Counted from the first letter of the stretch, positions 1 to 9,690 are shown. The stretch is DNA of 64,000 nt from a bacterium (GCA_030649055.1 JAUSGH010000019.1:1454-65453); one strand, 5' to 3'. Notes: generated by a model from the sequence alone, not told the origin. Translations and numbers: made by a program.

Positions 1-261
1 ATCAGCTTCATCGTGCTTCCATGGCTCGGTGTGAGTACTTTCAACGTGCTCCGGTACGGACTTCCCTGGTATTGGCTTACTGGCGGAATAAACTTCACGC
101 TCATTGCATGCCCGCCAGGGGGCGGATGTGGGCGAACTTGGACATTTGATGCTATTGCTCTCTTTGCCGACTTTGCAGTCTCGTACCTTATTGTGTGTGC
201 TATCGTCACTTTACGCACGAGGGCAAAAAAGACTCATGCAACCCCTCCGCGAACGAATTAG
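1..261 (+). CDS. hypothetical membrane protein, 5'-truncated by window edge
   Basis: Frame 1 is open from base 1; hydrophobic segments; stop overlaps the fba start. Confidence 0.5.
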   Translation: MSFIVLPWLGVSTFNVLRYGLPWYWLTGGINFTLIACPPGGGCGRTWTFDAIALFADFAVSYLIVCAIVTLRTRAKKTHATPPRTN

Positions 262-1111
262 GGATGCCGAGGCGAAGAAAGTCGCCATCGGGCACTTCAA
301 CATCTCGAACCTCGAGCAGTTGAAAGCCGTGGCGCACGCCGCGATGCGGCTCGACGTGCCGGTCATTATCGGCGTCTCGGAGGGGGAGCGTGCCTACCTC
401 GGCCTTCACCACGTGAAGGACTTTGTCGCGAGCTACAACGCCGAACACGCGAAGGAGCACGGCTTCCGCCTGTACCTGAACGCCGACCACACGCACGACC
501 CGGGGAAGGTGCGCGAGGCGGCGCGGGTGGGGTTCGACGCGGTGCTTTTTGATGGCGGGAAGCTGCCGTTTGCGGAGAACGTGGCGCTCACGCGGACTGC
601 GGCGACGCTCGCGCGGGAGGTGCAACCGAATGTGCTCGTTGAGGGGGAGCTCGGGTACATCGGAAGTGGATCCCAGGTTCTCGAGAAAATTCCCGAGGGT
701 GCGGCGGTCACGCCAGTGCAGATGACGACACCCGAGGAGGCGGCGCGGTTTGTGAAAGAAACGGGCGTGGACCTCTTGGCACCCGCCGTGGGAAATGTGC
801 ATGGCCTCGTTGAGGGGGGGAACCCGAAGCTTAATATTGACAGAATCCGTGAAATCAAAAAGGCAGTAAACATCCCTCTCGTCCTCCATGGCGGGTCTGG
901 TGTCTCCGACGAGGATTTCCGTGCGGCCATCGAGGCCGGCATTTCAATCATTCATATTTCGACCGAACTCCGCCTCGCTTGGCGGGAGGGGATAGCGGAA
1001 TCGCTCCGGGCGAACCCGAACGAGGTGGCGCCCTACAAGCTCACCGAGCTCGCCCTCGCGAAGATGGAACGGGTAGCAGAGTCCCGGCTTCGGCTCTTCA
1101 ACCGAATCTAG
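236..1111 (+). CDS. fba: class II fructose-bisphosphate aldolase
   Basis: Motifs AIGHFN, ADH, VEGELG, APAVGNVHG, PLVLHGGSG; start moved to ATG 236 (MQPLRE). Confidence 0.93.
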   Translation: MQPLRERIRDAEAKKVAIGHFNISNLEQLKAVAHAAMRLDVPVIIGVSEGERAYLGLHHVKDFVASYNAEHAKEHGFRLYLNADHTHDPGKVREAARVGFDAVLFDGGKLPFAENVALTRTAATLAREVQPNVLVEGELGYIGSGSQVLEKIPEGAAVTPVQMTTPEEAARFVKETGVDLLAPAVGNVHGLVEGGNPKLNIDRIREIKKAVNIPLVLHGGSGVSDEDFRAAIEAGISIIHISTELRLAWREGIAESLRANPNEVAPYKLTELALAKMERVAESRLRLFNRI

Positions 1112-1229
1112 GCCAATCTATTGCATTTGAAGTTAGAATTTAGGATAATTCTCGCAGATCTTCGTGCGATGAGCGTCCTGATTCAAAAGGGAATTCGCGC
1201 GTTTTTGTATCATATAGTGTGGAGGGCGC

Positions 1230-1532
1230 ATGCTTTTCAAAGTTGTGTTTGGGTATTGGGTTGATTGGAGCGAACCGATATTTGACAGCGCTTCAAAGGA
1301 GGAAAAGGAAGAGGTTCGGAGTCGGCGCGAGGTATTTTGGGTGGAAGCAGAGGATGAGGACAAGGCACGCAGGTACGCACAACGATTTGAGGGGCTTGAA
1401 ACGAATTCATATGAAGGCCTCGGAGATTTACTGGAGATTTCGGTCGTTACTCCGGAAGAGGTTAAGAGCTTGCCGAGTCTTGTGGTGTATGAGAGGTATC
1501 TGCCAAAGAAAGAAAGGTTGTATTTGAACTGA
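1230..1532 (+). CDS. hypothetical acidic protein
   Basis: 100-aa ORF with GGAGG upstream; fills the intergenic space. Confidence 0.6.
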   Translation: MLFKVVFGYWVDWSEPIFDSASKEEKEEVRSRREVFWVEAEDEDKARRYAQRFEGLETNSYEGLGDLLEISVVTPEEVKSLPSLVVYERYLPKKERLYLN

Positions 1533-1593
1533 ACCGACGCTGCTCCAATAAAAAACTTCCTCTTTCTGAGGAAGTTTGCTTTAATGAGGTCAT

Positions 1594-2343
1594 ATGGATA
1601 CGACATTGATTGCAAAGATCATTATGGAAATCCGCGCGGGTGCGGGGGGTGATGAGGCCTCGCTCTTCGCGGGCGACCTCATGCGCATGTACCAGCGGTA
1701 CGCGCAGAAGCGCGGGTGGGGATTTGCGATTCTCGACGCGTCCGAGTCCGGTGCGCGTGGCTATAAAACGGTGAGCGCGGAGGTAAAGGGAACTGGCGCC
1801 TATGAAGCTCTCCGGCACGAGTCCGGTGTGCATCGAGTCCAGCGCGTCCCTTCAACGGAGCGACAGGGAAGGATACATACTTCGACGGCGTCGGTCGCCG
1901 TCCTGCCTGTCGTGGAAGCGAAGCAGGTTGACCTGAAGGAGAGCGATATTGAGGTTTCATTCTCGCGTGCCGGCGGCCCCGGGGGGCAGAATGTGAACAA
2001 GGTGGAGACGGCGGTGCGTGTCACACACAAGCCGACCGGCATCGTGGTTTCCTGCCGCGTGGAACGCTCCCAGCACGCGAACCGTGAGAAGGCGATGGAG
2101 ATGCTGCGCGCGATGCTCTATGACGCCGAGCAGCGCCAGTCTGTGGGGTCTGTTGCAGACCTCCGGAAGTCGCAGATCGGCACCGCCGACCGGTCGGAAA
2201 AGATTCGCACGTACAACTTTCCCGAGGACCGCATCACCGACCACCGCATTGGGAAGAAGTTCCACAACATCGAGAAGATACTGGAAGGTGCATTCGACCC
2301 CATCGTGGAGGCGTGGGCGAAGCAGGGGAGCGTAAATAGTTAA
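1594..2343 (+). CDS. prfA: peptide chain release factor 1, short form lacking N-terminal domain 1
   Basis: [24 protein letters not shown] (PxT motif of RF1), [13 protein letters not shown]; only 249 aa. Confidence 0.9.
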   Translation: MDTTLIAKIIMEIRAGAGGDEASLFAGDLMRMYQRYAQKRGWGFAILDASESGARGYKTVSAEVKGTGAYEALRHESGVHRVQRVPSTERQGRIHTSTASVAVLPVVEAKQVDLKESDIEVSFSRAGGPGGQNVNKVETAVRVTHKPTGIVVSCRVERSQHANREKAMEMLRAMLYDAEQRQSVGSVADLRKSQIGTADRSEKIRTYNFPEDRITDHRIGKKFHNIEKILEGAFDPIVEAWAKQGSVNS

Positions 2344-2382
2344 CAAATTTTGATCTTCTGGAGTTTGTGGTATAGTAGAGAT

Positions 2383-2985
2383 ATGGAAACGTATCAACCT
2401 GAAAAGGAGAAAAAGTCTCCGAAAGTAATATTGCCAGAAATCTTGGGGAGTTCACTCAAATCCGCGATGGGCGGAAATAACCCAAGGTGTGGAATCACTG
2501 CCCTTTTTGAAGATGTTTTGGATAAATTCGAGCATGATCTTAGTTTAAGGAAGGGTGATCTTCACTATACTGACGGGACACTAGTGCAAAGACCAGCGGA
2601 CGCAATGCGTGAGGTTGAAGCAACTTTTAGTTGGGAAACGGATAAGAACCATACGGAAAGTTCTAGTGTCAGATTCTCGTCAGAAAATCCCGAAGAAGAA
2701 GAGGTGGTGAAGCAGCAATATAAAAATCCGCCACTATCCAGAGAGGCGGTTGTCGAACTAACAAAAATATTAGAAAATCTTCGATCGCAGGTTGAGCCAG
2801 TGACTATTTTCGACAGTCGCGGTTCTTATGACGCTTATATACTTGAAGATGAAAGCGGAAATAAATATACGCTTTCTAACCGTGGTAGTTCTGTTCGCCT
2901 TGAGAAGTTTGAGGATAAAATTAAGGAAATTCAAAAAATCATTGATGAGTCAACTGATTCAATAGAGAGACTCGAGGCAATCTAA
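2383..2985 (+). CDS. hypothetical acidic protein (lower GC)
   Basis: 200-aa ORF; TATAGT lies 6 nt before ATG 2383. Confidence 0.7.
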   Translation: METYQPEKEKKSPKVILPEILGSSLKSAMGGNNPRCGITALFEDVLDKFEHDLSLRKGDLHYTDGTLVQRPADAMREVEATFSWETDKNHTESSSVRFSSENPEEEEVVKQQYKNPPLSREAVVELTKILENLRSQVEPVTIFDSRGSYDAYILEDESGNKYTLSNRGSSVRLEKFEDKIKEIQKIIDESTDSIERLEAI

Positions 2986-2990
2986 AGTGC

Positions 2991-3018
2991 AAAAACCCCG
3001 ACCTTGGCCGGGGTTTTT
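2991..3018. terminator. bidirectional intrinsic terminator
   Basis: AAAAACCCCG...CGGGGTTTTT between convergent genes. Confidence 0.75.
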
Positions 3019-3033
3019 CGTTCGAATAGGTCG

Positions 3034-4548
3034 CTAGCCGTTCGACTGGCTCGGGGAGGTCGATCCGCCTCCGGCGGGTTGCTTCGCCTGCTCGAGCACC
3101 TCGATGTCGTCCTGGAATCCGGCGGCCGCCTCGAGCACCTTCGATGCATAGAACTGGCAGGCGGAGCGTTGCCACCGGGAACCGCAGTAGTAGGTAGCGG
3201 ACGCCTTTTTTTCTGCCGCCGCGGTTTGTGCCGCCGCGCCGTTGTCCTCCAGGTAGAGTGCGGTCCCGGTGAATGCGTCCGAGTTGTTCCACGGGTTCGC
3301 GGGCTCGCTCCCGGTGATACGCGTGATCTCGGGGGAGTAGATTTTCCAGGTTGAGGGAATGAATTGCGCTGGCCCCATGGCGCCGCCGTAGGTGCCGTCC
3401 TGGTTCGGGCAGGAGATGCGCGCGAAAGCGGAGTGCGGATCGATGCCGAGCCCTCCGGTGAGCTCGAGGAAGTAGGCATGGTCCTTTGGGTTCATGGCGG
3501 TGGTACCGCCCTTCATCACCTGGTCATACGCGCACCGTCCGGTGTTTTTGCCGAGGAGCGATTCACGGTTCAGGATGCCGAGAATGAGCGCCGGACGGAT
3601 GCCGGCCGCGCCGCCCGCGAGCTTCGCGTACTCGTACGCCTTTTCGAAGGTGAGCTCACCGCCGCCCAGGAGCTCGAAGATGCGGTTTCGAATTTGCGCC
3701 GCCTCCTCTTTCGTCTTAGTAAGAATTTTCTGATATTCAGCCTCTTTCCCCTTCGTTGTTTTCAAGAGGGTCGCCTTTTGCGTCTGGGTCGACTGAACGC
3801 CACGCTTCTGCGCCTCTTGGATTACCTTCAAGTTTTCAGTATCCTCCCGTTCGAGCGCGAGCTCCTGCTTCTGGTCCAGGAGCTGTTCCCGAAGCTTTGT
3901 GATTTCCGCGAGTGAGTTCCGGAGACTCGACTGAACGAGCATCACATTTTCAATATTACCAAAAAAGTCAGAGAGACGGGCGTTGCCCACCAAAACCGCT
4001 AAGAGTGGCTCGCGGTCTGATTCGTAAAGGTTTCGGACCGCTCGCGAGATGGCATCCTTATGTACCACGATGCGGTTCTCGGTGCTCACGATGGTCCGTT
4101 GCGTGGCGGCAGTATCCTTCTCAAGCTGGCTGATGTTCAAGTTCACCGCCTTGATTTGGAGGTTCAGCTTATTGATTTTTGCGTTCAACGAACTGATTTC
4201 CCCGGAGAGCGACTTACCCTGCTTTTGGTACGACGCGATGGTCTTTTGGTGCTCCGCGATTTGCGTCTCAAGCTCTGTGAGCTGCGCTTCGAGCTCACTC
4301 CGCTGTTCTTTGGTTGTCGGCGTCGTCTCGGCGGTCTGCTCCGCGACTCCCTGGTCTTCCTGTGCGGCAACCTGGCCCGGCGCTTGTACGGAACCAAGCA
4401 TGAAACTCACCACCCCGAGGATGGCCACACATTTTATCGCGAGCCGCAGCTGCGATGCCGAATGGACCGGCGTCCACCCAAGTGAAATACGCCGCGGGAG
4501 GGTTCGGGCGACATCTCGGACAATCGGAGGAATCGAGGATTCAGGCAT
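3034..4548 (-). CDS. coiled-coil peptidoglycan hydrolase with C-terminal lytic transglycosylase domain
   Basis: N-terminal TM/signal, long PcsB-like coiled coil, RES catalytic Glu, GAMGPAQFIPSTW motif. Confidence 0.85.
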   Translation of the reverse strand: MPESSIPPIVRDVARTLPRRISLGWTPVHSASQLRLAIKCVAILGVVSFMLGSVQAPGQVAAQEDQGVAEQTAETTPTTKEQRSELEAQLTELETQIAEHQKTIASYQKQGKSLSGEISSLNAKINKLNLQIKAVNLNISQLEKDTAATQRTIVSTENRIVVHKDAISRAVRNLYESDREPLLAVLVGNARLSDFFGNIENVMLVQSSLRNSLAEITKLREQLLDQKQELALEREDTENLKVIQEAQKRGVQSTQTQKATLLKTTKGKEAEYQKILTKTKEEAAQIRNRIFELLGGGELTFEKAYEYAKLAGGAAGIRPALILGILNRESLLGKNTGRCAYDQVMKGGTTAMNPKDHAYFLELTGGLGIDPHSAFARISCPNQDGTYGGAMGPAQFIPSTWKIYSPEITRITGSEPANPWNNSDAFTGTALYLEDNGAAAQTAAAEKKASATYYCGSRWQRSACQFYASKVLEAAAGFQDDIEVLEQAKQPAGGGSTSPSQSNG

Positions 4549-4635
4549 CTATCAGATAGAACGATACAGGAAGCGTATCGTCACGTGCAATCCAGCACCG
4601 CGCGGTTTTATAATGTGGTGCGAGAAACGGCTCGG

Positions 4636-5283
4636 CTATGCCTGCGTTGCCGGTTCTGTGGCTGTATTCGCCGCAACCGCTCCGGCCGCGGGCGCCGCCA
4701 CCGGTCCGCCAGCTGGCGGAGGGGCGGTAACCTCCTCCTTCGCCTTCTCGCCAACCGTCACGATTGCGGTATCCTCGTTTGCGCGGACCTTGACCTCGGC
4801 AGACACGATGAGATCGCGGACGTAAATTGTCTGGCCGGGCTGTGCAAGCGTCTCAACGGAAACAATCAGTTCGTGCGGCATGCGGTCGGGAAGCGCCTCA
4901 AGCTCGATTTCAGAGAGCACCAGGAGGATGGGGAACCCCTCTTTCTTTGCGGGCGCCTCGCCCACCAAACGGATGGGCACGTTCGCCTGTATCTTTTCGT
5001 CCATGCGGACGTAGTGGAAATCAATGGCACGCACCGTGCCCGCACGGTAGTCCTGCTGGATGTCTGCGAAGACGGCGGGGATGCGTTCGGCACCGTCCAC
5101 GACGAGCGTGACCACCGTGTGCTCGCCGGCGGTCTTATACGCCGCGGCAGCGTCGCGCGCCGCGACCGCGAGGTGCCGGTTCTCGATACCGCGGCCGAAG
5201 AGCTCCGCGGGCACGAGTCCCTTTGTGCGGAGTGCGGCGACCTTCTTGCCGAGGATGGTGCGGGTGGTGACGTTGAGGTCCAT
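4636..5283 (-). CDS. rplY: 50S ribosomal protein L25/CTC
   Basis: LRTKGLVPAELFG, IDFH, ALPDRMP; start moved to ATG 5283. Confidence 0.92.
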   Translation of the reverse strand: MDLNVTTRTILGKKVAALRTKGLVPAELFGRGIENRHLAVAARDAAAAYKTAGEHTVVTLVVDGAERIPAVFADIQQDYRAGTVRAIDFHYVRMDEKIQANVPIRLVGEAPAKKEGFPILLVLSEIELEALPDRMPHELIVSVETLAQPGQTIYVRDLIVSAEVKVRANEDTAIVTVGEKAKEEVTAPPPAGGPVAAPAAGAVAANTATEPATQA

Positions 5284-5293
5284 AAGAGTAACG

Positions 5294-5366
5294 TACAACC
5301 TACAACCAACAACGGACAACAGTCATAAGGTTCACGTTGTTTGTTGTCGGTTGTTTGTTGTTGGTT
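5294..5366. repeat. inverted heptamer tandem repeats (ACAAC / GTTGT units)
   Basis: tacaacc tacaacc aacaacg gacaac ... gttgttt gttgtcg gttgttt gttgttg between rpmE and rplY. Confidence 0.85.
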
Positions 5367-5616
5367 ATTTCTGCTTCTTCACCCTCTGCTTCTTTGCCGT
5401 CTTTGGCGCGGCCGCGGCTTTCGTGCGGCGCGCCGTGAAGCGCTCGACGCGGCCCGCAGTGTCAATTAAGGATTGCTTCCCGGTGTAGTAGGGGTGGCAC
5501 TTCGCGCAGATTTCGACGCGGATGGATTCCCGGGTGGAGCCGGTCGTGAACGTGTTGCCGCAACCGCAGATCACTTTGGCGTTCGGGTAGTACCGGGGGT
5601 GAACACCTTGTTTCAT
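5365..5616 (-). CDS. rpmE: 50S ribosomal protein L31 (Zn-binding type)
   Basis: [31 protein letters not shown]. Confidence 0.96.
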   Translation of the reverse strand: MKQGVHPRYYPNAKVICGCGNTFTTGSTRESIRVEICAKCHPYYTGKQSLIDTAGRVERFTARRTKAAAAPKTAKKQRVKKQK

Positions 5617-5681
5617 GGTGTTTTTATTGTACCCAGGAAGTCGAAAATAGCAAGGATTGTAAAAAAAATAAGCCGCGGGGC

Positions 5682-5882
5682 TTATTTTTTTGTGCGGCGC
5701 GTTGCGATTCTTTTCTCGTCTCTCTCGGGTAGAAGTTTATATTTTTTCAGGATTCCCACAATTGATTTTCCGCAGGCAGCACAGAGCGAGCGGTGAGCAA
5801 GCATGGTGCCGTACCCGACGGTCACGTACGGACTCTTTTCGGCTATTATTCTCTTACAGCGATCGCACTTAAGTATGAACAT
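5682..5882 (-). CDS. small putative zinc-finger protein
   Basis: CDRC...CAAC pairs in a 66-aa ORF. Confidence 0.6.
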   Translation of the reverse strand: MFILKCDRCKRIIAEKSPYVTVGYGTMLAHRSLCAACGKSIVGILKKYKLLPERDEKRIATRRTKK

Positions 5883-5923
5883 ATAAGCGATTGAAGTTTA
5901 ACAGCCGTGCATGACTCGTCAAT

Positions 5924-5932
5924 TGTGGATAA
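5924..5932 (-). promoter_or_regulatory. isolated DnaA-box match
   Basis: TGTGGATAA is the reverse complement of TTATCCACA. Confidence 0.4.
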
Positions 5933-6192
5933 AAGTGGGGGAATTATGGCGCCCCCGGATGGGGGCGGAAAAGGCAAGAAACATCCGGTCTTATTCGTAC
6001 GAATGTGCGAATAAGTCCGGCGGGGGCGGAGCGTGAAAATGTCCGGCGGCGGAAAGAATGCAACCGTAGCCCCGCCCTTGGGCAAGAGTGAACAGCAAGC
6101 CCCGCGTAGGGTTTGTTTTTGTTCGCGGGAGTGGCAAGTCGGCGTTGCAACGCAAGGTTGTTACCCTTGTTGGAATCATATACAATAGGGCC

Positions 6193-6396
6193 ATGAAGTA
6201 TCTGACCGTCATTCATAAGAGCAGATATGGGTATGACGTGCACGTTCCGGTGCTCCCGGGCTGTCACAGCCAGGGGAAACTAAAAAAAGAGGCGCTCGAA
6301 AACATCAGAGACGCCATTTTCACGTATCTGGCGATGTCTCACAGAGAACTCAAGGGGGCGGAGGTGCGGGAGGTGGAGGTTGCAATTCCTGCATAG
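6193..6396 (+). CDS. hicB: HicB-family antitoxin (short form)
   Basis: YDVHVPVLPGCHSQG...EALENIRDAI; TACAAT 6 nt before ATG 6193. Confidence 0.88.
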   Translation: MKYLTVIHKSRYGYDVHVPVLPGCHSQGKLKKEALENIRDAIFTYLAMSHRELKGAEVREVEVAIPA

Positions 6397-6401
6397 CTGT
6401 C

Positions 6402-6617
6402 ATGCTCTTTACCGATGTTTCCGCGAAACGCGCGGTAACAGCTTTTCTCAAGGCTGGTTTTTGGGTTGCGAAGACGTTCGGTCGGAAACATATTGGGATG
6501 ACGGATGGTACCAGGAAGATTGTGATACCTCGAGCTACGAGAATTAACCCGTACACACTCAAGGGCATTATTTGAGACGCTGGATTAACTGATGAGGAGT
6601 TCAAGAAGCTCCTGTAG
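6402..6617 (+). pseudogene. hicA: HicA-family toxin interrupted by in-frame TGA (6573-6575)
   Basis: Manual translation: MLFTDVSAKRAVTAFLKAGF...GRKHIGM...IVIPR...PYTLKGII*DAGLTDEEFKKLL. Confidence 0.82.
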
Positions 6618-6625
6618 CGGTCATT

Positions 6626-6656
6626 GAAGTCAGACTTCCCGGGAAAGTCTGACTTC
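6626..6656. repeat. palindromic repeat GAAGTCAGACTT...AAGTCTGACTTC
   Basis: 12-bp inverted arms just downstream of hicA. Confidence 0.7.
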
Positions 6657-6830
6657 CAAAGATTATGACCGCACCTATAGAGGTGCGACGTTTGTATCTT
6701 AGCACCTACACACCAACCACTTGCGCCCAGCCCCCCCATGACATCTCGGGCTCTTGCGCCCAGGTCGAGAGGGGGGGGTAGGATTATGGGAAAGGAAAGG
6801 TCGGGGTGACCTTTGAGGAAACTAAAATTT

Positions 6831-7346
6831 ATGTTTGAAAGAGAAAAAAACATAGAGACTTGCCCACACGGAAATGTTCCTGAAGGGTGCGGCGCGTGTA
6901 AGCTAACTCTCGAGGAGGCTGGTTCTCGGGCGAATGCCATGCGGGTGATGACGGGTCAAGGTGCTGAGGGGGCAAAAAGAAGAGCCCGCACCGATTTTGT
7001 TGATGTAATAACGCATGAGGCAACCAACGAAGAGTACGAGTCTGCCGACAAAGAGCTTGAGCTATTTGAGCAGACAGGAGAACACTATAACAGCAACGTG
7101 ATTTATAAAGCGATTGACTTCATTGAGCGCGCGATAGAGGGAGACTCTTTTCTTCCATCTTATAATGAAATTTCAAAACGACATAAGGAAGCCTATGAAG
7201 CGAGTATGGAACGAGGAGAGGCGTTTGCTGAAGAGAGGGTAAATCATGAAGAGGGCGAAAGGAGCCTGAAAGTGCGAGAAAAGAAGTTACACGAGCTCTA
7301 CGAAAAATTAAAAACACGATTTGAGGGAAAGGAAAATAGTCGGTAG
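6831..7346 (+). CDS. hypothetical protein
   Basis: 171-aa Glu-rich ORF with CPH...CGAC near the N-terminus. Confidence 0.7.
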   Translation: MFEREKNIETCPHGNVPEGCGACKLTLEEAGSRANAMRVMTGQGAEGAKRRARTDFVDVITHEATNEEYESADKELELFEQTGEHYNSNVIYKAIDFIERAIEGDSFLPSYNEISKRHKEAYEASMERGEAFAEERVNHEEGERSLKVREKKLHELYEKLKTRFEGKENSR

Positions 7347-7361
7347 CAATCGGTTTTCTAC

Positions 7362-7396
7362 AGCAAGCACCCCAACACAAGGGGGTGCTTGTTTTC
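7362..7396 (+). terminator. intrinsic terminator
   Basis: CAAGCACCCC...GGGGTGCTTG followed by a T-tract. Confidence 0.7.
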
Positions 7397-7409
7397 TCGC
7401 TCCGGCTTG

Positions 7410-7438
7410 TTGACATAACCCAACTCACCCCCTATACT
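7410..7438 (+). promoter_or_regulatory. sigma70 promoter of the 16S rRNA gene
   Basis: TTGACA-17 nt-TATACT. Confidence 0.85.
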
Positions 7439-7445
7439 TCCCCCT

Positions 7446-7501
7446 GCTTGCCCGACGTGAATGTGGCAGGCGGGCTTGCCCGACGTGAATGTGGCAGGCG
7501 G
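7446..7501 (+). repeat. 28-bp perfect tandem duplication in the rRNA leader
   Basis: GCTTGCCCGACGTGAATGTGGCAGGCGG x2. Confidence 0.9.
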
Positions 7502-8618
7502 GTCTGTACGACCGGCGGGGCTTCTGCCGGTCAGAACATCGATTGAACCGACCGAACGTTCCGAACTGAATATTAGAAGCACTAAAAGTAAAAAAATGAA
7601 TGTAACATAGAATGTTTCTATTACGGTGAGCTTGTCGAACCGCTGGAAATTTTCTATGTTACCCCAAATCTGTTCCGAAGGTGGGCGTTTCGCCGACTGT
7701 GTGCACTCGTGCACATTCGAGGCGAGCCGCGAACCTTCTTTCGAGGATTTGATCCTGGTCCAGGATGAACGCTGGCGGCGTGGATAAGGCATGCAAGTCG
7801 AACGGTCGAGCGCACGTTGCGCTCGGTAGTGGCAAACGAGTTAGTAACGCCCTGGTACGTACCCCCGAGTCGGGCATAATTCCGCGAAAGCGGGACTAAT
7901 TCCCGATGGTGTCGCCTTAGGCGACTAAAGGAGCGATTCGCTCGGGGAGCGGCCTAGGTCCTATCAGCTAGTTGGTGAGGTAAAAGCTCACCAAGGCTAC
8001 GACGGGTAGGGGGGGTGAGAGCCCGATCCCCAACGAGGAGACTGAGACACGGCTCCTACACCTACGGGTGGCAGCAGTCGAGAATATTCGACAATGGGCG
8101 AAAGCCTGATCGAGCGACGCCGCGTGCAGGATGAAGGTCTTAGGATTGTAAACTGCTTTTCTACGGGAAGAAGTGTGCGTAGCACACAGTTTGTTAGTTC
8201 GTCAGTTACGCTTCGCTCTAGTTTATTAGTTGGTGAAACTAATTAACTAGCAAACGAACAGCGAGCGGAGCGAGCGGAACTAGTCAACTATGTGCTGCGC
8301 ACATTGACGGTACCGTGGGAATAAGGGGCGGCAAACTTCGTGCCAGCAGCCGCGGTAATACGAAGGCCCCGAGCGTTATCCGGATTCATTGGGCGTAAAG
8401 GGCGCGTAGGAGGTTCGGTCCGTCTCTCGTGAAATCTCGGAGCTCAACTCCGAACCCGCGGGGGAAACCGCCGAACTAGAGGGTGTTAGAGGCAGATGGA
8501 ACACACGGTGTAGGGGTGAAATCCGTTGATATCGTGTGGAACACCAAAGGCGAAGGCATTCTGCTGGGACACTCCTGACTCTGAGGCGCGAAAGCGTGGG
8601 GAGCAAAAAGGATTAGAT

Positions 8619-9690
8619 AAATCCCGTTCCGGCTCCAAAGAAACGGAACAAAGGGTGTCCCCTCCGACGGCGACGTCGGGGTGCGCATTCAGCTATATCG
8701 GGGAAGGCCGTCTTGTCAGGCGGTTAATCCCGAGGGAAGTTATTCAAGCCTCACTTTCGACTCTTTAATTATAGAGAAAAGTGGAGCTTGTGTAACCCCG
8801 TAGAGACTATGTAAGTAAGAAAATAGAAAATGACCAAGTCATTTTTGTTGGATCGATGTAAGGAAATTATTCTGGGTTCTTTGTTGGGTGATGGGTCCTT
8901 AAAGATCTATAAGCCCTACAAAAATGCCCGATTTTCCTTTCGACATTCGGTACATCAAAAAGATTATTTTTTCTGGAAAGTTGAAGAATTAAAAGAAATT
9001 TCCGGAGAGAAATCTTTTTGGGAACAAAAACCGAATAGTTTGGGAGGAGATATGTTGCGATACCAAAGTTTAGCATTAGAATTGCTTACGGAACTGCATC
9101 GGCTGACTTACGAGCATAATTGTCTCGTAATACGTCGAAAATGGCTGAACATGATGACGCCATTATCGCTTGCGATTTGGTGGCTTGATGATGGTTCGCT
9201 TATTGGCAATGGAAAGCGAGGTGTGTTTTGTACCGACCCGTTTTCGTTTCATGAACAAGAGATTTTATCGCAGTATTTACTCAAGGTTTGGAAAGTAAAA
9301 ACTGCGATTGGAAAAATTGTCCGCGAGCGGGAAGGAAAAAAAGTTGAGTACTATCGGCTATGGATTCGTTCAAGCGAAGAATTAAAAAAATTTCTTCGGA
9401 TAATCCTCCCCGAAATACCATCCGCATCTACATTGCCTAAAGTTCTTATTCTTTACAAAGATTCCCAATTACAGCAACGCTGGGTTTCTGAAGTTGTTGA
9501 AGCAACGCATTTTTCTCGAGAGATTATTGAAAGGTATCTTGCTGAGAAAAAAGCGAAATATAAGCGATTTCAGAAAATGATATAGTCCGATCCTCCGAGT
9601 AATCGGAGCATCTAATAGGTCTAAATCCCTAACGCTTAGGAATTAGGATTTAGAAATTAGAAATTGCAATTTTGCCAAGCAAAATTGTTG
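8619..9690 (+). mobile_element. group I intron in 16S rRNA (after approximately E. coli U793)
   Basis: Splits GGATTAGAT|ACCCTTGTAGTCC; exon ends in U and intron ends in G; R-like CGTAGAGACTA and S-like GATATAGTCC. Confidence 0.92.
8830..9585 (+). CDS. intron-encoded double-motif LAGLIDADG homing endonuclease
   Basis: IILGSLLGDGS and LAIWWLDDGS motifs; lies inside the intron. Confidence 0.92.
   Translation: MTKSFLLDRCKEIILGSLLGDGSLKIYKPYKNARFSFRHSVHQKDYFFWKVEELKEISGEKSFWEQKPNSLGGDMLRYQSLALELLTELHRLTYEHNCLVIRRKWLNMMTPLSLAIWWLDDGSLIGNGKRGVFCTDPFSFHEQEILSQYLLKVWKVKTAIGKIVREREGKKVEYYRLWIRSSEELKKFLRIILPEIPSASTLPKVLILYKDSQLQQRWVSEVVEATHFSREIIERYLAEKKAKYKRFQKMI

Noticed and set aside
5947-6135. tmRNA or RNase P RNA (minus strand reads ANKNKPYAGLAV, tag-like)
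   Set aside because: No stop after the tag-like peptide, no T-loop, no GGGG...CCACCA ends and no RNase P P4 motifs.
6573-6575. TGA recoding (genetic code 25)
   Set aside because: ftsA and several other genes end in TGA, and no other gene shows an internal TGA.
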